40,630 nucleotides of DNA. It comes from Octopus bimaculoides (Eukaryota). The translations under genes and the position numbers were made by a program. The stretch is taken from assembly GCF_001194135.2 (NCBI RefSeq), contig NC_068982.1, forward strand, positions 162,456,263 through 162,496,892. The letters run 5' to 3'. Positions 9,755-22,234 of this stretch are shown piece after piece (position 1 is the stretch's first letter; every line of letters begins with the position of its first letter). Under the pieces are notes generated by a model. It saw only the letters and a program-made list of their open reading frames with translations, made no database searches and was not told where the DNA came from.

Positions 9755-10325
9755 ATCCTTTCTAGCTCGTTTTTCTGTTGTAAGAGAAACACTTTTAGTC
9801 GATAAATCGAACCCTGTATTTGACTGGTGCTATATTTTATTGGCCCTGGATTTGCTGACAGGTAAAGAAATCATAGTAATGATTTTCCTTTTTATTGGTT
9901 ACAATGGTCCAGAATGCTCTTGTCAGTAACAAACGAAATACAATAACAATTGTAAATTCGTAAATCTCTTCTACTGACAATAGCGTCCCGGGCCGTTGTG
10001 ACCAATAAAAAGAAATCATTATCATAGTTTCGTTACTTTTAATCCCTCCGGGTCCATAAAATAAACTGTCCCGTACTGGGGTCGATATAATCAATTAATC
10101 TCTCTCGAAATTGCTGGCCTTGTTCTAGCAGAATCGTTTGTGTCGGACAAAATGCAGCATTCTTTTCCGATGTAACGTAACGTTCTGAGATCAAATCATG
10201 AGATATCCTTTGTGGGGTTGAGGTAGATAAAATAATTACCAGTTGAGTACTGGAGTCGATGTAGTCGACTTACCCCTCCCCCGAAATTACTGGCCTTATG
10301 CCAAAATTTGAAATCATTATTATTA
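9755..10325. mobile_element. cluster of family B SINE pieces in both orientations
   Basis: Minus pieces at about 9760-9840 and 9975-10110 (GTACTGGGGTCGATATAATC). Plus copy at about 10115-10325 (GAGTACTGGAGTCGATGTAGTCGACTTACCCC...(ATT)n). Confidence 0.7.
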
Positions 10326-10432
10326 TTGTTGTTGTTAAATATTTCCCAATAACAGCAAAACTCTTATAGTTTTTATTAAGTTGTGCTCAGTGTATGCGCT
10401 CACATACAGGTGCATCATATATAATGTGTGTG

Positions 10433-10478
10433 TGTTTTCTGACGATGGGTAAACTGGCCGAAACTTCCAAGTCACTAT
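10433..10478 (+). ncRNA. decayed minimal hammerhead ribozyme motif (PLE-type)
   Basis: CUGACGA-U-GGGUAAACUGGCC-GAAA-CUUCCAAG-UC. Core, stem III and GUC are intact; stems I and II are damaged. Confidence 0.5.
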
Positions 10479-11059
10479 CAACAATATTCTTGTTTAAGAA
10501 TAATTAATTTGGTACTCTACGAAAGTATAGAGTAAACTCCTCAGATTAATATAAAATTTCTTTTATTATAACTGAACATAAAATAAATAAATGAATGTGT
10601 GTGTGAGAGTGAGAAAAGGTTGGGTTCTATTTCATCCTTTACTTTGCGGGGTTCTAAAGGTCAATTTCTAATAAAGATTCTTCATATTACATTGGTAGCT
10701 TACTGTTGTTAGAATTTTTCGAATATGAAAATGCTACAAATATAGAGTGTGTTATATGAGTATTTATAGAACAAATAACCTATAGAAACTCAACAAACAA
10801 TTAAAGATGGAGAAGAGAAGGTGTTAAAAGTTTAAAAAGAATTTTATATATATATATATATGTATGTATATCTCTTTCGTGTGTGTGTGCTCATTTTTCT
10901 GTTGTAAGAGAAATATTTTTTAATGTGAACAACGAAAATAATTGCTGCATCAATTCCAGGTCATCCTTGAGTTTCCACAACATTAAATGTAGAAAAGAAA
11001 CCCACAAAAGAAATATATATATATATAGGTTTGATCTGAATAAAGGGGTTCGTTTATGG

Positions 11060-12450
11060 CCTTACCAAGCTTTGTGAGTTTGACATTAATGTTCCTCTTG
11101 GACAGTTGTAAGGGCTGCAGGGAAAAACATTTAGGGAATGAATTCTTGAGAGTTAACATTCTGGACCCTTAGAGCTGGGCATGGTGGTAAGTGTGGGGCC
11201 TGAGATAATAGACACAACATAGGCGATAAGAGGAGAGATGAGGTTCTAAATGGAGGTGGCATGAAGCCAGTTAGCTTCATGCCACCTCCAGTGGCAGAGG
11301 CTATTACAATAACAAAAGTCAGTGCATCTTTGGGCCAGAGGTTGCAGTGTATTGGTGAGCAACTTCATGGCAATCAGTTTGCAGAGTCTTTCTTCGTCTG
11401 GGATGTGTGTAGTAGTAGTAGTAATAGCAGCAGCACTGACCCAGGTGTGGGAACAGTACTCCATTGTGGGTCTCACCCAAGCTTTGTAGAGTAGTAGTTG
11501 ATAAGTGCTGAAGTATACTCTTGAAGATGAAGACTAGTCTTTGTGATGCATCTTTGTTACATTGATTATGTTTGTCTGGAGAGATCTTATGTGATAGTGA
11601 GACCTATCATATGTAACAACCTTGGGAGTTCTAGTTGTATGCTGTTCATGTTTCAAAAGGGTGGTGTGGGATGAAATAATATTTTCTTGATATGTATAGT
11701 AATTCTGTTTTATGTTGTTGAAGGGGACAAATTTGTCTTGATTCCATTGAAGAAAGGTCAATAATGTCAATATAGATTTGACATGAAGTGTTTTGGGTTG
11801 CATTTGGATAATGCTTTGGTGTGGAAGATTAGGGAGGAATTTTTGACTGGCATTATCTTCATTGGAGTGGGTGTTGTTGAAGTTGACAACAAGTAGAACA
11901 TTGATGTATATTAAAATGAGTGCTGGACAAAATCAATGTCTGGGGTACACCATAGTTGATAGCATTGATCAAAGAGAGAGACAGAGCAAGCAAATTCCGT
12001 CAGCATACACTATGATAGTGTGATCTGACAGGAAGCCCCTGATCTCAGAAACAAGACTGATGGAGCTCACAGACGGACAGTTTTAATAGGTAATTTGCAT
12101 GCCAGACACAAAAGCTTTGTAAATGGCAAAGGCAATGTTGCTTCTTTCATCAAATTTTTCTTGAGTAGAGTCCATTTATGAGTGACATAAGAGAGAAAGT
12201 GACTAGTAAATCTGGCTTTGCAAATTCTGGTTGGTAGAAGCAGATATGGTGCTTGTCTTGATAATGAAATACTATGTTGTGTTTCCAAAGAATATCATGA
12301 AAGTGTTTGTTTGAATTTTCCAAGAATGTTGCTACTAAAAGTTTCTTATCATAGTAATAGTATTCATCAGGAAATTGATCACTAAGACAATAATTTATCC
12401 TCTTTAGGTCTCTTCTCATTCTCCCTGAGTATCAGTAACTTTGTTTTGTC
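11060..12450 (-). mobile_element. CR1/Jockey-group LINE reverse-transcriptase fossil
   Basis: Frameshifted minus-strand motifs in the correct order: LSYVTHKW...NIAFAIYKAF (ALDISKAFD region), INYGVPQ..ILS, RPTMEYCSHTW...LTNTLQPLAQR, then an NSFPKCF/KRNIN-like C-terminus. The element may extend to about 13000. Confidence 0.85.
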
Positions 12451-13305
12451 TCTGGTTAGCTCTTTTCAAATAGATTTATGAGCAATGACATTTTAACTGT
12501 GACCATTCCATATTTCATTCATAAATATCCAAGATCATAATATTCAGGGTCCTTCTCTTTTTAACTTAGTAAAGTGTAATTTGAGAGAGATCATCATCAT
12601 TTAATGTCCATGTTCCATTCTGGCAACTGTTATTTCTAGTAGGTTGTACTACCTGTAATAGGAGTTCCTTCATTGATTTCTCTAACGTACCAGTTATATA
12701 TCACTGTGATGCTGAATAATAATTCTTTCTGCTGCTGCTTGTTCTAGGTAGTAGACGGACAAGCTTTATTTTTTTTCTAGCTACTAAAGAAACTAGTGCT
12801 GATCTGTGTTGGCAAAAGATGTTTGATAAAATTTGTAATAATTATGAGGAGAGGTGTGTCTTGATGTTTGAGACAGAGCACTTCTTTGAAAAGAAGTATG
12901 TGTACTCTGAGTAGTGTGGATTATTTAGTTGAGACAGAAGGAAAATCCTTTAGTTAAATAGTTGTTGAATTGTGATGATCTTGTTTGATTTTAGACTGGA
13001 AATGTCATTTGAAAAAATCTACAAGATATAACCTTGCCAAATCTAAGTTATGCTAGAAGCTGTAGTTATATATGTTATTGAAATTAAATACTGTCAATAT
13101 TTTGAGACTATCAGTTCAATAATGATAGAAAATCTTTGACTGAAGTTTAATTAACAATTTTCACTAATAAAATATTTACTAATCAAAGTTTATGGCTTTT
13201 GTATGTGTGTGTCTGCAGAAAATCAAGTTATTATTAAGATGAAATTTTTCTATAAACCTATAATTTTGAAATTTTACCTTGACCTCTGTTACCATCTGTG
13301 TAATA

Positions 13306-14600
13306 CAGGATGTTTCAAAAAATTTGATATCGTTTGAGCTATAAATATTGAAGTAACTACATTGTCTAGGCAAATGAAACTAAACAGGCTTAATGTTGAA
13401 CAAAATAAGATTTATTCATAAAAATTTGAATGAGAAATTCAAAGGTATATAAATTTCATGAATAATTTCACATGATTTCACAAGTTTTCAATATGTGCGC
13501 CACATATGATATAGCGCATATCAAGTCAGTAGTCCAGCTCCTGTCAAACCTGCTGCAGTATGTCTTGGGTAACAGTCTCTAGTGTAGCAGTGACTCTCTG
13601 CTTGAGTTCCTCTAAAATTATAGGAAGAGGGGAGGACATAGACTCCAGAGAAAAAAAATTGTAAGGTGTCAGGTGAACATGAAAACCATTTTAACGGAAT
13701 ATTATCTTCATTACCAGCGTGCTCAATCCATCTGCCTGATATATTCTCATTGAGATAAGCCCACACTGTGTGGTGGAGCCCTGTCTTGTTGAAAAATTAA
13801 ATGTTCATGTTCATTTACAATGATCTTATCAATTAGCCAGTTGTGAAGCATTTGCAGATAAACATTGCCTATCACATTTCCCTCAAAGAAAAACTGGCTG
13901 TAAAGATGATTCTTGGAGATGGTACTGAACACATTCAGTTTCAGTCAATCCTGTGGCATGGGGATATTTCTTCACCTCAAATGTGAATATTGTACTTGTT
14001 AACTTTGTCATCTGTATGAAATGTGGCCTCATCACTGAAAGCAAGAAGTTCTTCAAACTTGTCTTTTAGTTTCTTTTGTACATCAATATAGAATTGCTTG
14101 TGCTTTTGCTTGTCATCTGTCTTTAAGGCCTGAATGAGCTGTAGCTTGTAGGCTGTCGTTTGTAAGCATTCCCTTGCAACACATCAAACTGTCGTTGGAG
14201 GAATCTGAATTTCCAGGCTTGCTCTTCTTATGTACTTCCTGGCACTTCGCAAAATTGTTTCTCAAACCCATTCAATCATCTTTTCCAATACCTACAGCCA
14301 TCCAGGTCCTTTTGCCCTGCACAGACAGCTTTCCTCTTCAAACTTTTTTGTGCCATGTCCAAATCTGCATTACAACTGATGCATTTTTAGCAAATTCTTT
14401 TACAAATGCATACTGCACAGTCTTGTTCATACTCTAGCACGCAAATGCCTTTTCTTTTCCAGTGAATGGCATTTCTGTACCTGAAAAGAAAAAAAACATA
14501 AAACATTAAAAGTAGAATTTTGAGTTGTTTCTACACCTGCTGTTGCAATTTTAAACAATTATGAACAAAATGAAAGTCATCATGTTTTGCAAATTTCTTG
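13306..14600 (-). mobile_element. Tc1/mariner DNA transposon, near-full-length fossil
   Basis: Transposase remnants: MPFTGKEKAF..NKTVQYAFVKEF..WHKKFEEESCLCRAKG..RASLEIQIPPTTV..YKLQLIQAL; ISKNHLYSQFFFEGNVIGNVYLQML..IFQQDRAPPH; YLNENISGRWIEHAGNEDNIPLKW..SPD. The left end is TA+CAGGATGTTTCAAAA; the right TIR is poorly preserved. Confidence 0.9.
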
Positions 14601-15526
14601 TACTTCTATACTTTGTAAAAATATATTCTCTCTCTCTAGTACCCTCTCTCTAGCATTTGTTTGGTATTCGTTTTGTGATGCACTTTTTTTTTTATGAGAC
14701 ATTTTTTTGATAATAAATATCAGTAAGTAATAGTGAAATAAAATTCGGATGCTATGTTACAGTAATGCAAGATAAATAGGTATATCATATAGAAGAATAG
14801 CTTAAGGGAATGAGAAATATTTTTGATGAGGAATATCAGTAAGTCATATTGAAATGAAAGTACAAATGATGTGTGGATATCACTAAGTAATAGTGAAATG
14901 AATTTACAAATGCTGAATGATGTCAGTGTTTTTGCTGAAATTCTGATGTTATATTACAGGAATTCCGACGTTATATTACAGGAATACAGGGCAAGGTGTT
15001 GTGTGGTTGTCTTTTTGTTGGTGTGTCGATGAGTTTCATTTTGCTGTAAATTCATGTCTGTGTGTGTATGGCTTCACTGTCAGATTGTCTCTGCTTATGT
15101 GAAAGAAATTTGTATATTTATGAGAGAGAGAGACAGATAAAAAAAAATAGCACTGCCATTTCTTTAGAGTTCCGCTCTGCTGGTGAAAGGGGACAAAACA
15201 CCCACTTTTATAATTTTCTTTTATCTTTTCTTTCTTTTTACCTTTTACTTGTTTCAGTCATTAGATTGTGGCCATGCTGGGGTACTGCCTTGAAGAATTT
15301 TTTGTTGGACATATTGACTGCAGAATGTTGTTTTTTAATTTTTTTCTTGTGGCAGTCATTAGAGAGGGAAAGAGAGAGAGAGAGATTGACTGTGTTTAAT
15401 TGTGCAGGACAGACAATCCTTGAATAAATAAATGAATAAATATATATGGTGTGGTGGTTGTCATTGTCTTCAATGCTGACTATTCTCGCCACAGGACAAT
15501 TTCCAGCCAAATAGAAAGACAGCAAG

Positions 15527-15566
<40 letters not shown>

Positions 15567-16116
15567 AGGAAAATGAAAAATAATAATAAGGCAGAATGCT
15601 AAACTGGAAGCATATTTTAATAAAGATTTCTCTAACCGGCTTTCATTGCGAAGCAAATTTTCAAGAAGAGGGAGAATGAAAATGTTTTTTACAAAGAAGT
15701 ACAAAATGAAGAAAATAATGTATAAAAAAAAATATATAAAAAAATAAATATACCAATACATTATATTGTCTTTGAGCTTTTGAAGTTCAATGGTAATTCA
15801 TGTATATAATGGTTAGAAAAATAAGGATGCNNNNNNNNNNNNNNNNNNNNNNNNNNNNNNNNNNNNNNNNNNNNNNNNNNNNNNNNNNNNNNNNNNNNNN
15901 NNNNNNNNNNNNNNNNNNNNNNNNNNNNNNNNNNNNNNNNNNNNNNNNNNNNNNNNNNNNNNNNNNNNNNNNNNNNNNNNNNNNNNNNNNNNNNNNNNNN
16001 NNNNNNNNNNNNNNNNNNNNNNNNNNNNNNNNNNNNNNNNNNNNNNNNNNNNNNNNNNNNNNNNNNNNNNNNNNNNNNNNNNNNNNNNNNNNNNNNNNNN
16101 NNNNNNNNNNNNNNNN

Positions 16117-16150
<34 letters not shown>

Positions 16151-16667
16151 AAAGGTTTTGATTCTTTGAAAATTTTGGCACGTTAGCCCTGATCACACCA
16201 TCATCATTACCATCACCATAGTTAAAGTGTGAAAGTGGACAAAACACCCACGCTTATAAATGAGATGGTGTCTCACTTATGTTTTGTGGGGCAAGCAGAC
16301 AGAATTTCTCTTTCACATATTATAGATTTATGGTGAAAAGTTGTATAAATTTGTTGAAAATTTATAAACTGGAAAGAATTTTCTTCATAATGACTCTTTT
16401 CTTTCAATGTCTTGATATAATCTGTCCATAATTTCTTTTCAAGTTGAATAATAAACGCTCAGAAACCAAAATTAAGTCAGGTCAAAGTAGCCTAAAATTT
16501 GTATGTATATTTGTAAGCAATACTTATGTTAGTCTACTAGGTTCATTTCTGTAGCACTGTGCATATTGACAGTAATCATTGTATGTAACACAATACAGCT
16601 TATGTTGCCTGTAATTTCCATTGATATTTCTGTGATTAGGCATCTTTCAACCTTGTATTTATACATC

Positions 16668-17115
16668 ATGCTTCAATGAAGAGTAATAATCTAAAATTGA
16701 AGCATGTGAACCAAAAATTGGAATATATAAAGCAGAGATTGGTGCTTCAACAGTAAGAGTTTGTGAAGAGTATGATGCTGAAAAGTAAATAGTTTCAGAC
16801 ATGTGCAATGCTAAGGATAAACTAACTGCATTTCCTTTGAAATATAACTTTGATGCAAGTTCTAAATCATCATTTGTTAGTGTAAAGAAGCAAATGAGAG
16901 TTGCTGCAAAATATACAAATCTTGAGGTAGTAGTGACATAGTTTATCTATTAACGATCCTGTTGTAACCTCTCCAATGAAGTAGAAGTTCAAAGCGGTGC
17001 ATACAAGCTAGCTAGGTATATAGGTCTCAAGGATTTCAAACGGCTATGTTGATTTTGAAATTGCCATGAATGGGTAATAAAATTACCTATGAGGTAGTAG
17101 ACAGCACACTAACTA
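16668..17115 (+). mobile_element. pogo/Tigger (CENP-B/Jerky-like) transposase 5' fossil
   Basis: GASTVRVCEEYDAEK*IVSDMCNAKDKLTAFPLKYNFDASSKSSFVSVKKQMRVAAKYTNLEVVVT*F...EVQSGAYKLARYIGLKDFK, then WLC*F*NCH (decayed WL.RFR.RH). These are the HTH_psq and CENP-B HTH regions. Confidence 0.75.
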
Positions 17116-17152
17116 AGAAAACTGAATCATTCACAAAAATATTAAATACACA

Positions 17153-17331
17153 TATCATCATCATCATCATCATCGTTTAACGTCCGCTTTCCATGCCAGC
17201 ATGGGTTGGACGATTTGACTGAGGACTGGTGAAACCGGATGGCAACACCAGGCTCCAATCTAAATTTGGCAGAGTTTCTACAGCTGGATGCCCTTCCTAA
17301 CGCCAACCACTCAGAGAGTGTAGTGGGTGCT
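17153..17331 (-). mobile_element. family A repeat, young truncated copy
   Basis: About 4 differences from the 18-190 copy over ~160 nt. Confidence 0.9.
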
Positions 17332-17929
17332 ATATTCTTAAAAGCAACTGTTTTAAAGTCTACCTTCTGATTTAAATAGAGTTGTTAAGAATGAACTGTT
17401 CTTTTCTCTGTAATAACCCCTTTCCACAAAAAAAATCTAAAAAAAAAAAAATATGTAGAGAGACAGAAAAATGTGTGTGCACGTGCACAAATATATATAT
17501 ACATTACCGCAGACATTATCCTTGTTGTAATCTTGAATGCTATAAATAAAATCGAATTTTTCCACTTGATTCTCTGTGATCAATATAGTGAAAGGAAAGT
17601 GTTAATATCTAAAAATATATTTTTGGTAAATGGCAATGACAGTATCTTTCAAGTCAAGTGTTACAAGTCAAGGCAGGCAAAGGAGGATAAAAGATAGCTC
17701 ACTTCATGATGAATGTTTAACATTCCCTTTAGTATTTGTCTTTGCAAAATGTGTCCCTGTATTTCTCTTCCAGTCATTTTTAAAAAAGTTTTCACTAAAA
17801 TTTGATATATATCTCTCTATCTTCTTATGTCTAATCTGTTTCATTGAGGTGATTTAATAAGTCTGAAAGGTTTTCAGTATATTTGAAACATACTACCAAA
17901 TATCAGGCTGACTCATGGCCTGGCATGTG

Positions 17930-18357
17930 TGAAGTATGGATGTATGGTTAAGAAGATTGGTTTATAACCATGTGGTTTCATGTTCAGTCCCACTACATGG
18001 TATTTTGAGCAAGTGTTTTTTGTATATCCTTGTGCCAACTGGAATATACAAAGAGTGGGTCTAATAGACAGAAACTGAAATAAAGCCCATCATATCTGTA
18101 TATATATATGTGTACAGAGGTGTTTCTATGTCTTTTTCTTGATATTACAGTCCAATTGTAAACAAATATGACTGTCATACAAATTGTGCTGTTTGTTTGC
18201 AATCTCGTATGAAATTGTGTCCAGATTAAGAAAATATTACCTTGCTTGGAAACAGATAAGGGTTGGCAATAGGAAGAGCATCCAGCTGTAGAGAATCTAC
18301 CTCATTGAATCCCATCTAACTAATACACACAGAAAAGTAGGTTAAAACCATAATGAT
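17930..18357 (+). mobile_element. family C-like SINE, old copy
   Basis: GTTCAGTCCCACT head, GAAACTGAAATAAAGCCCATC and (TA)n; the 3' part is GGGTTGGCAATAGGAAGAGCATCCAGC. Confidence 0.65.
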
Positions 18358-18840
18358 ATTGCTGCCACTGCGAACAAAGACAACTCCCTCTCCTATTGCT
18401 TTCTGTTTTTAATTGACTTAAATTCTTTAGTTTTCTCTGCAATCTTTGAGGATTAGACTCTATTATATCATTCTGCTTTTCTTGACATGTTTGAGTGTTG
18501 TGCACTTGTAACAACATTAACCAAAGACATCCTTGAAATTTTTAATATAATTTCCATCTATACCCTCCTCATTAATCATTAAGCTAATAAGGATTTTTTT
18601 CTCTCCTCATCATGGGTATAAGTTTAATGATATACCTTCTTGACTCACTTCAGTTATGTCAACACTGACTTTATGAATTGATTTATTTAGTGCAGATTAA
18701 TTTTATTGAGTAAGGATATATGTAGATGATGGTCAATAATAGATTCGATAGAATGTTGGACTACAAGCCTCGCAGTTTTTAGTTGCATTCATTTACATTC
18801 TTGTATCTCACTCTTGAGGGCCAATAAAACTGTACTAATA

Positions 18841-19280
18841 ATAATTAATAGTGATGGAAACAGTATTAATACCAAAAGGTAATGTTTACCTCCACTTAAA
18901 AGTGGATGTTGTGTTAGAACACAGAATACTGTGTTATTTACCATGAGAGCACCTCTCATATGGACTTTTGGTGCATAAAAGCACTTGTGTTTATATCGCT
19001 AGTAGGAGATAATCATCCACGACTGCTGCTGGAACTGCTACATCATATGATTTCAACCTTCTTTAGCCTTGTCAATGGTAGATGCCCACAGCTAGAGATA
19101 GCAGCAATTCCTCTATCAGCAATATATTTGCACTGGTGTTACAAATAGTCACTGGTCTTATTTGAAAATAATTAATAGTGATAGGGCAGTATTCATTCCA
19201 AAAGTTAATAGTTATCCCCACTTAAACGTGGACATTGAGTTAGAATGCAGAATACTGCATTATCTACCACAAGAGAATTT
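18841..19280 (+). repeat. pair of diverged ~115-bp direct repeats (18841-18955 and 19168-19280)
   Basis: ATAATTAATAGTGAT..CAGTATT..CCAAAAG.TAAT..CCACTTAAA.GTGGA..GTTAGAA..CAGAATACTG..TTAT.TACCA..AGAG occurs twice. Confidence 0.8.
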
Positions 19281-20224
19281 CTTGTAGTCTCGTCATCATT
19301 ATCATCATTCAACATCTGTATGGGCATGAGTTGAATGGTTTGACAGGATCCAAGCCAAAAAGGAAATACTTGAAAAAGAATAAACGGTATACATCATATA
19401 ACCAGGTAAGATTTTGTTAAGATTTTCTATAGTGCAATCTGGTAAATAATTAGATATTTTGGTGTAGATATTTTTCAGGCCAAGGCTACGGTTGTTAAAC
19501 CCTGATTTCACACATTAGTCGAGTACAAGCACCTTTATCTTTATTCTGCTCCTTCTTTGAATGTCTAGAATATTTTGTTTGCTGATAACCAGGAAATGAC
19601 AAAGAATTACGATGATTGGTAAATTGCAAAACCCATCCATTGGTGCAAGCATGGTGAAACCAGCATTGAAATGATGATAGTGACAGAGGTTGAAAGATAT
19701 ATCATTTCTGTAGAGTTGGTACCATAATAAAATTCACACAGTAAAGGACATTCATGCCCTTCCTAATACTAATCATGCCAAAATTGAAACATGAGCAAAA
19801 TATGGTCTTCTGACCAAACTAACAAAGGCAATAATTCCTTATAAGAACTGACTCGGAGTGTGTAACTGTTAAATCCAAAATAATGGTAGTAGTAATGATG
19901 GTGATTACAATGACAACGCCACCATCCAGAGTCAAGGAATCATCATCATTTAGCACCTATTTTCATAGTTGGCATGGATGAGGGTGAATTTTCAAGTTCT
20001 GAGTCAGTTCTTATTTGTAGTTATTGCTCTCCTAGATAGCTCCAAGAGCCTAATTTTTGTATTATTTCTATGACTGGCCCTTCCTATCACCAACAAATTA
20101 CAGAGTATACCAGATGTATTTCATTTGCCCAGTATGTACCAGTGTTGGTTCACTTATTAATACTCCTTCCCTACAATTTTTGGCATTGAGTCATCATAAA
20201 TTATTATTTGCTTTGCATTATTTA

Positions 20225-20550
20225 CAGCACTTTTCGTTCTGAGTTCAAAGCCTGCCTTGGTCAGTTTTGCCTTTTTTACTTCAGGCTTGATAACATAAAG
20301 TACCAGTCAAGTGCTGGCTTGATATAATCACTTAACCCCACTTACCTCAAAATATATAGCTTTGTGCCTTAATTAAAAACAATTTCTAGTATTGATATTG
20401 TTTTTGTTGGTATTACTATTCCAAGTTCAAATCCTGTTTTACCTTTCATCCTTCTAAGGTCAATAAAACATAGTCCCAGTCTAGTACTAGGGTCAGTATA
20501 ACAACTATTCCCTACCTCCAAACTCCTGGCTGTGTGCCAATATAAAAGAA
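20225..20550. mobile_element. two old family B SINE fragments in opposite orientations
   Basis: TTCTGAGTTCAAAGCC...AAAGTACCAGTC (+) and TTTACCTTTCATCCTTCTAAGGTCAATAAAAC. Confidence 0.55.
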
Positions 20551-21094
20551 TCATTCTTATTAGTAGTAGTATAGTCCTTATAGCAAGTTTGAGAATGGTG
20601 TATAGTTTCCTTCTTCATTACAAAATTTCTCCTGTGTATTTTAACATAAATTACCTCCAAGCCCAGTTCTGTCAAATTTGACTAAATCCTCCATGCATCT
20701 TCTTTCAGAGTTAACCACTCTTGTCAGGTTGGACTAAATCCCCTCCACCTCTTGAAAAGTAAACAGCAGGTTTATAATAAATGAGCCAAGTTATTTAGTG
20801 TTTTTATAATAGCTGGGAAAATGAACACCCACTGTTATCTCTAGATGTGACTTAACAGCAGTTTACACATTCATACAGGAGAGGTGTATTTACTCCGCTA
20901 CCCACTATCACAAGTTGTTTTCTCCAACATATTTAATTAAATGGTAACAACAGCCATATATTTCTCCTCTCACACACATACACACATAAGTGTTTGTAAG
21001 TAGATATACCTTTGATTCTTTAGTAATGTGATTCTGGCCATGCTGGAGCATCATCACATATTCCTTCAATTTTCTGACCTTGTACCTGTTAAAA

Positions 21095-21678
21095 ACTGAT
21101 GTCAACTTTACTTGTCATCCTTTCAGGGTTGATAAATTAAGTAATTAATTCTCTCCTCTACAAAATTTCAGGCCTTGTACCTTTAGTAGAAAAGATTATC
21201 ATCATCATCATCATCATCATCAATAATAATAATAATAATAAGATAGCACGCTGGCAGAATGGTTAGCATGTAGGGCAAAGTGCTTAGTGGTATTTCACCC
21301 ATCTTTATGTTCTGAGTTCAAATTCCATTGAGGTCAACTTTGCCCTTCATCCTGTTGGGATTGATAAACTAAGTACCCGTCAAGAGTTGGGGTCGATGTA
21401 ATCAACTAATCCCTTCCACCTAACTTTCAGGCCTTGTGCCTATAATAGAAATGATTACAAGGCAGTGAGCTGGCAGAATCATTAGCATACTGAACGAAAT
21501 GCTTAGCAGTACTTCGCCTGTCACTATGTTCTGAGTTCAAATTCTGTCGAGGTCGACTTTGCCTTTCATCCCTTCGGGGTCAGTAAATTAAGTACTCATG
21601 AAACACTGAGGTTGATGCAGTAGACTTGCCCCTTCCCCCACAATTTCAGGCCTTGTGCCTATAGTAGAAAAGATTATT
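21095..21678 (+). mobile_element. head-to-tail cluster of three family B SINEs
   Basis: Three successive ...TTCAGGCCTTGT(A/G)CCT(T/A)TAGTAGAAAAGATTA 3' ends at about 21200, 21455 and 21675, separated by (CAT)n/(AAT)n. Confidence 0.8.
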
Positions 21679-21679
21679 A

Positions 21680-22078
21680 TTTCGAACGCTAACAGCACCA
21701 TCCGAGCGTGATCATTGCCAAGGCAGCTGTCTGGCTTCTATGCCAGTGGTACGTAAAAAACACCATTTGAGTGTGATTGTTACCAGTGTCGCCTTACTGG
21801 CACTTGTGCCAGTGGCATGTGAAAAAACATTCGAGCAAGGTCGTTGCCAGTGCCGCTGGGCTGGCTCCTGTGCAAGTGGCACCACCTTAAAGAATTTTAG
21901 TTGGGACCAAATCAACCCTAGTACTTTTTTTCAAAGTTTGGTACTTATTCTTTCGGTCTCTTTTGCCAAACTGCTAAGTTATAGGGACACACACACACAT
22001 GCAACAGGCTTCTTTCAGTTTCCGCCTGCCAAATCCACTCACAAGGCTTTGTCAGCTTGAGTAGAAGACACTTGCCCG
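21680..22078. mobile_element. family A internal fragment (+, 21680-21885) abutting a family C fragment (-, 21886-22078)
   Basis: Matches 4320-4470 and the reverse complement of 7542-7800, respectively. Confidence 0.7.
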
Positions 22079-22234
22079 TATAATATATATATCATGTAAT
22101 GTACTTTGTATTAACTTTGTATTAACATAAGAACTACTAATAGTCTCTTCCCATTAAGACACATGGTTAGGCAGGCTTTTATAACATGCCTTGTGTCTCC
22201 AAGCAATCTCTGTGCTCTGAGCACATGTTCTATT

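Noticed and set aside
18320-18517. Minus-strand ORF with protein-like composition
   Set aside because: No splice signals or family motif, and it overlaps a SINE tail.
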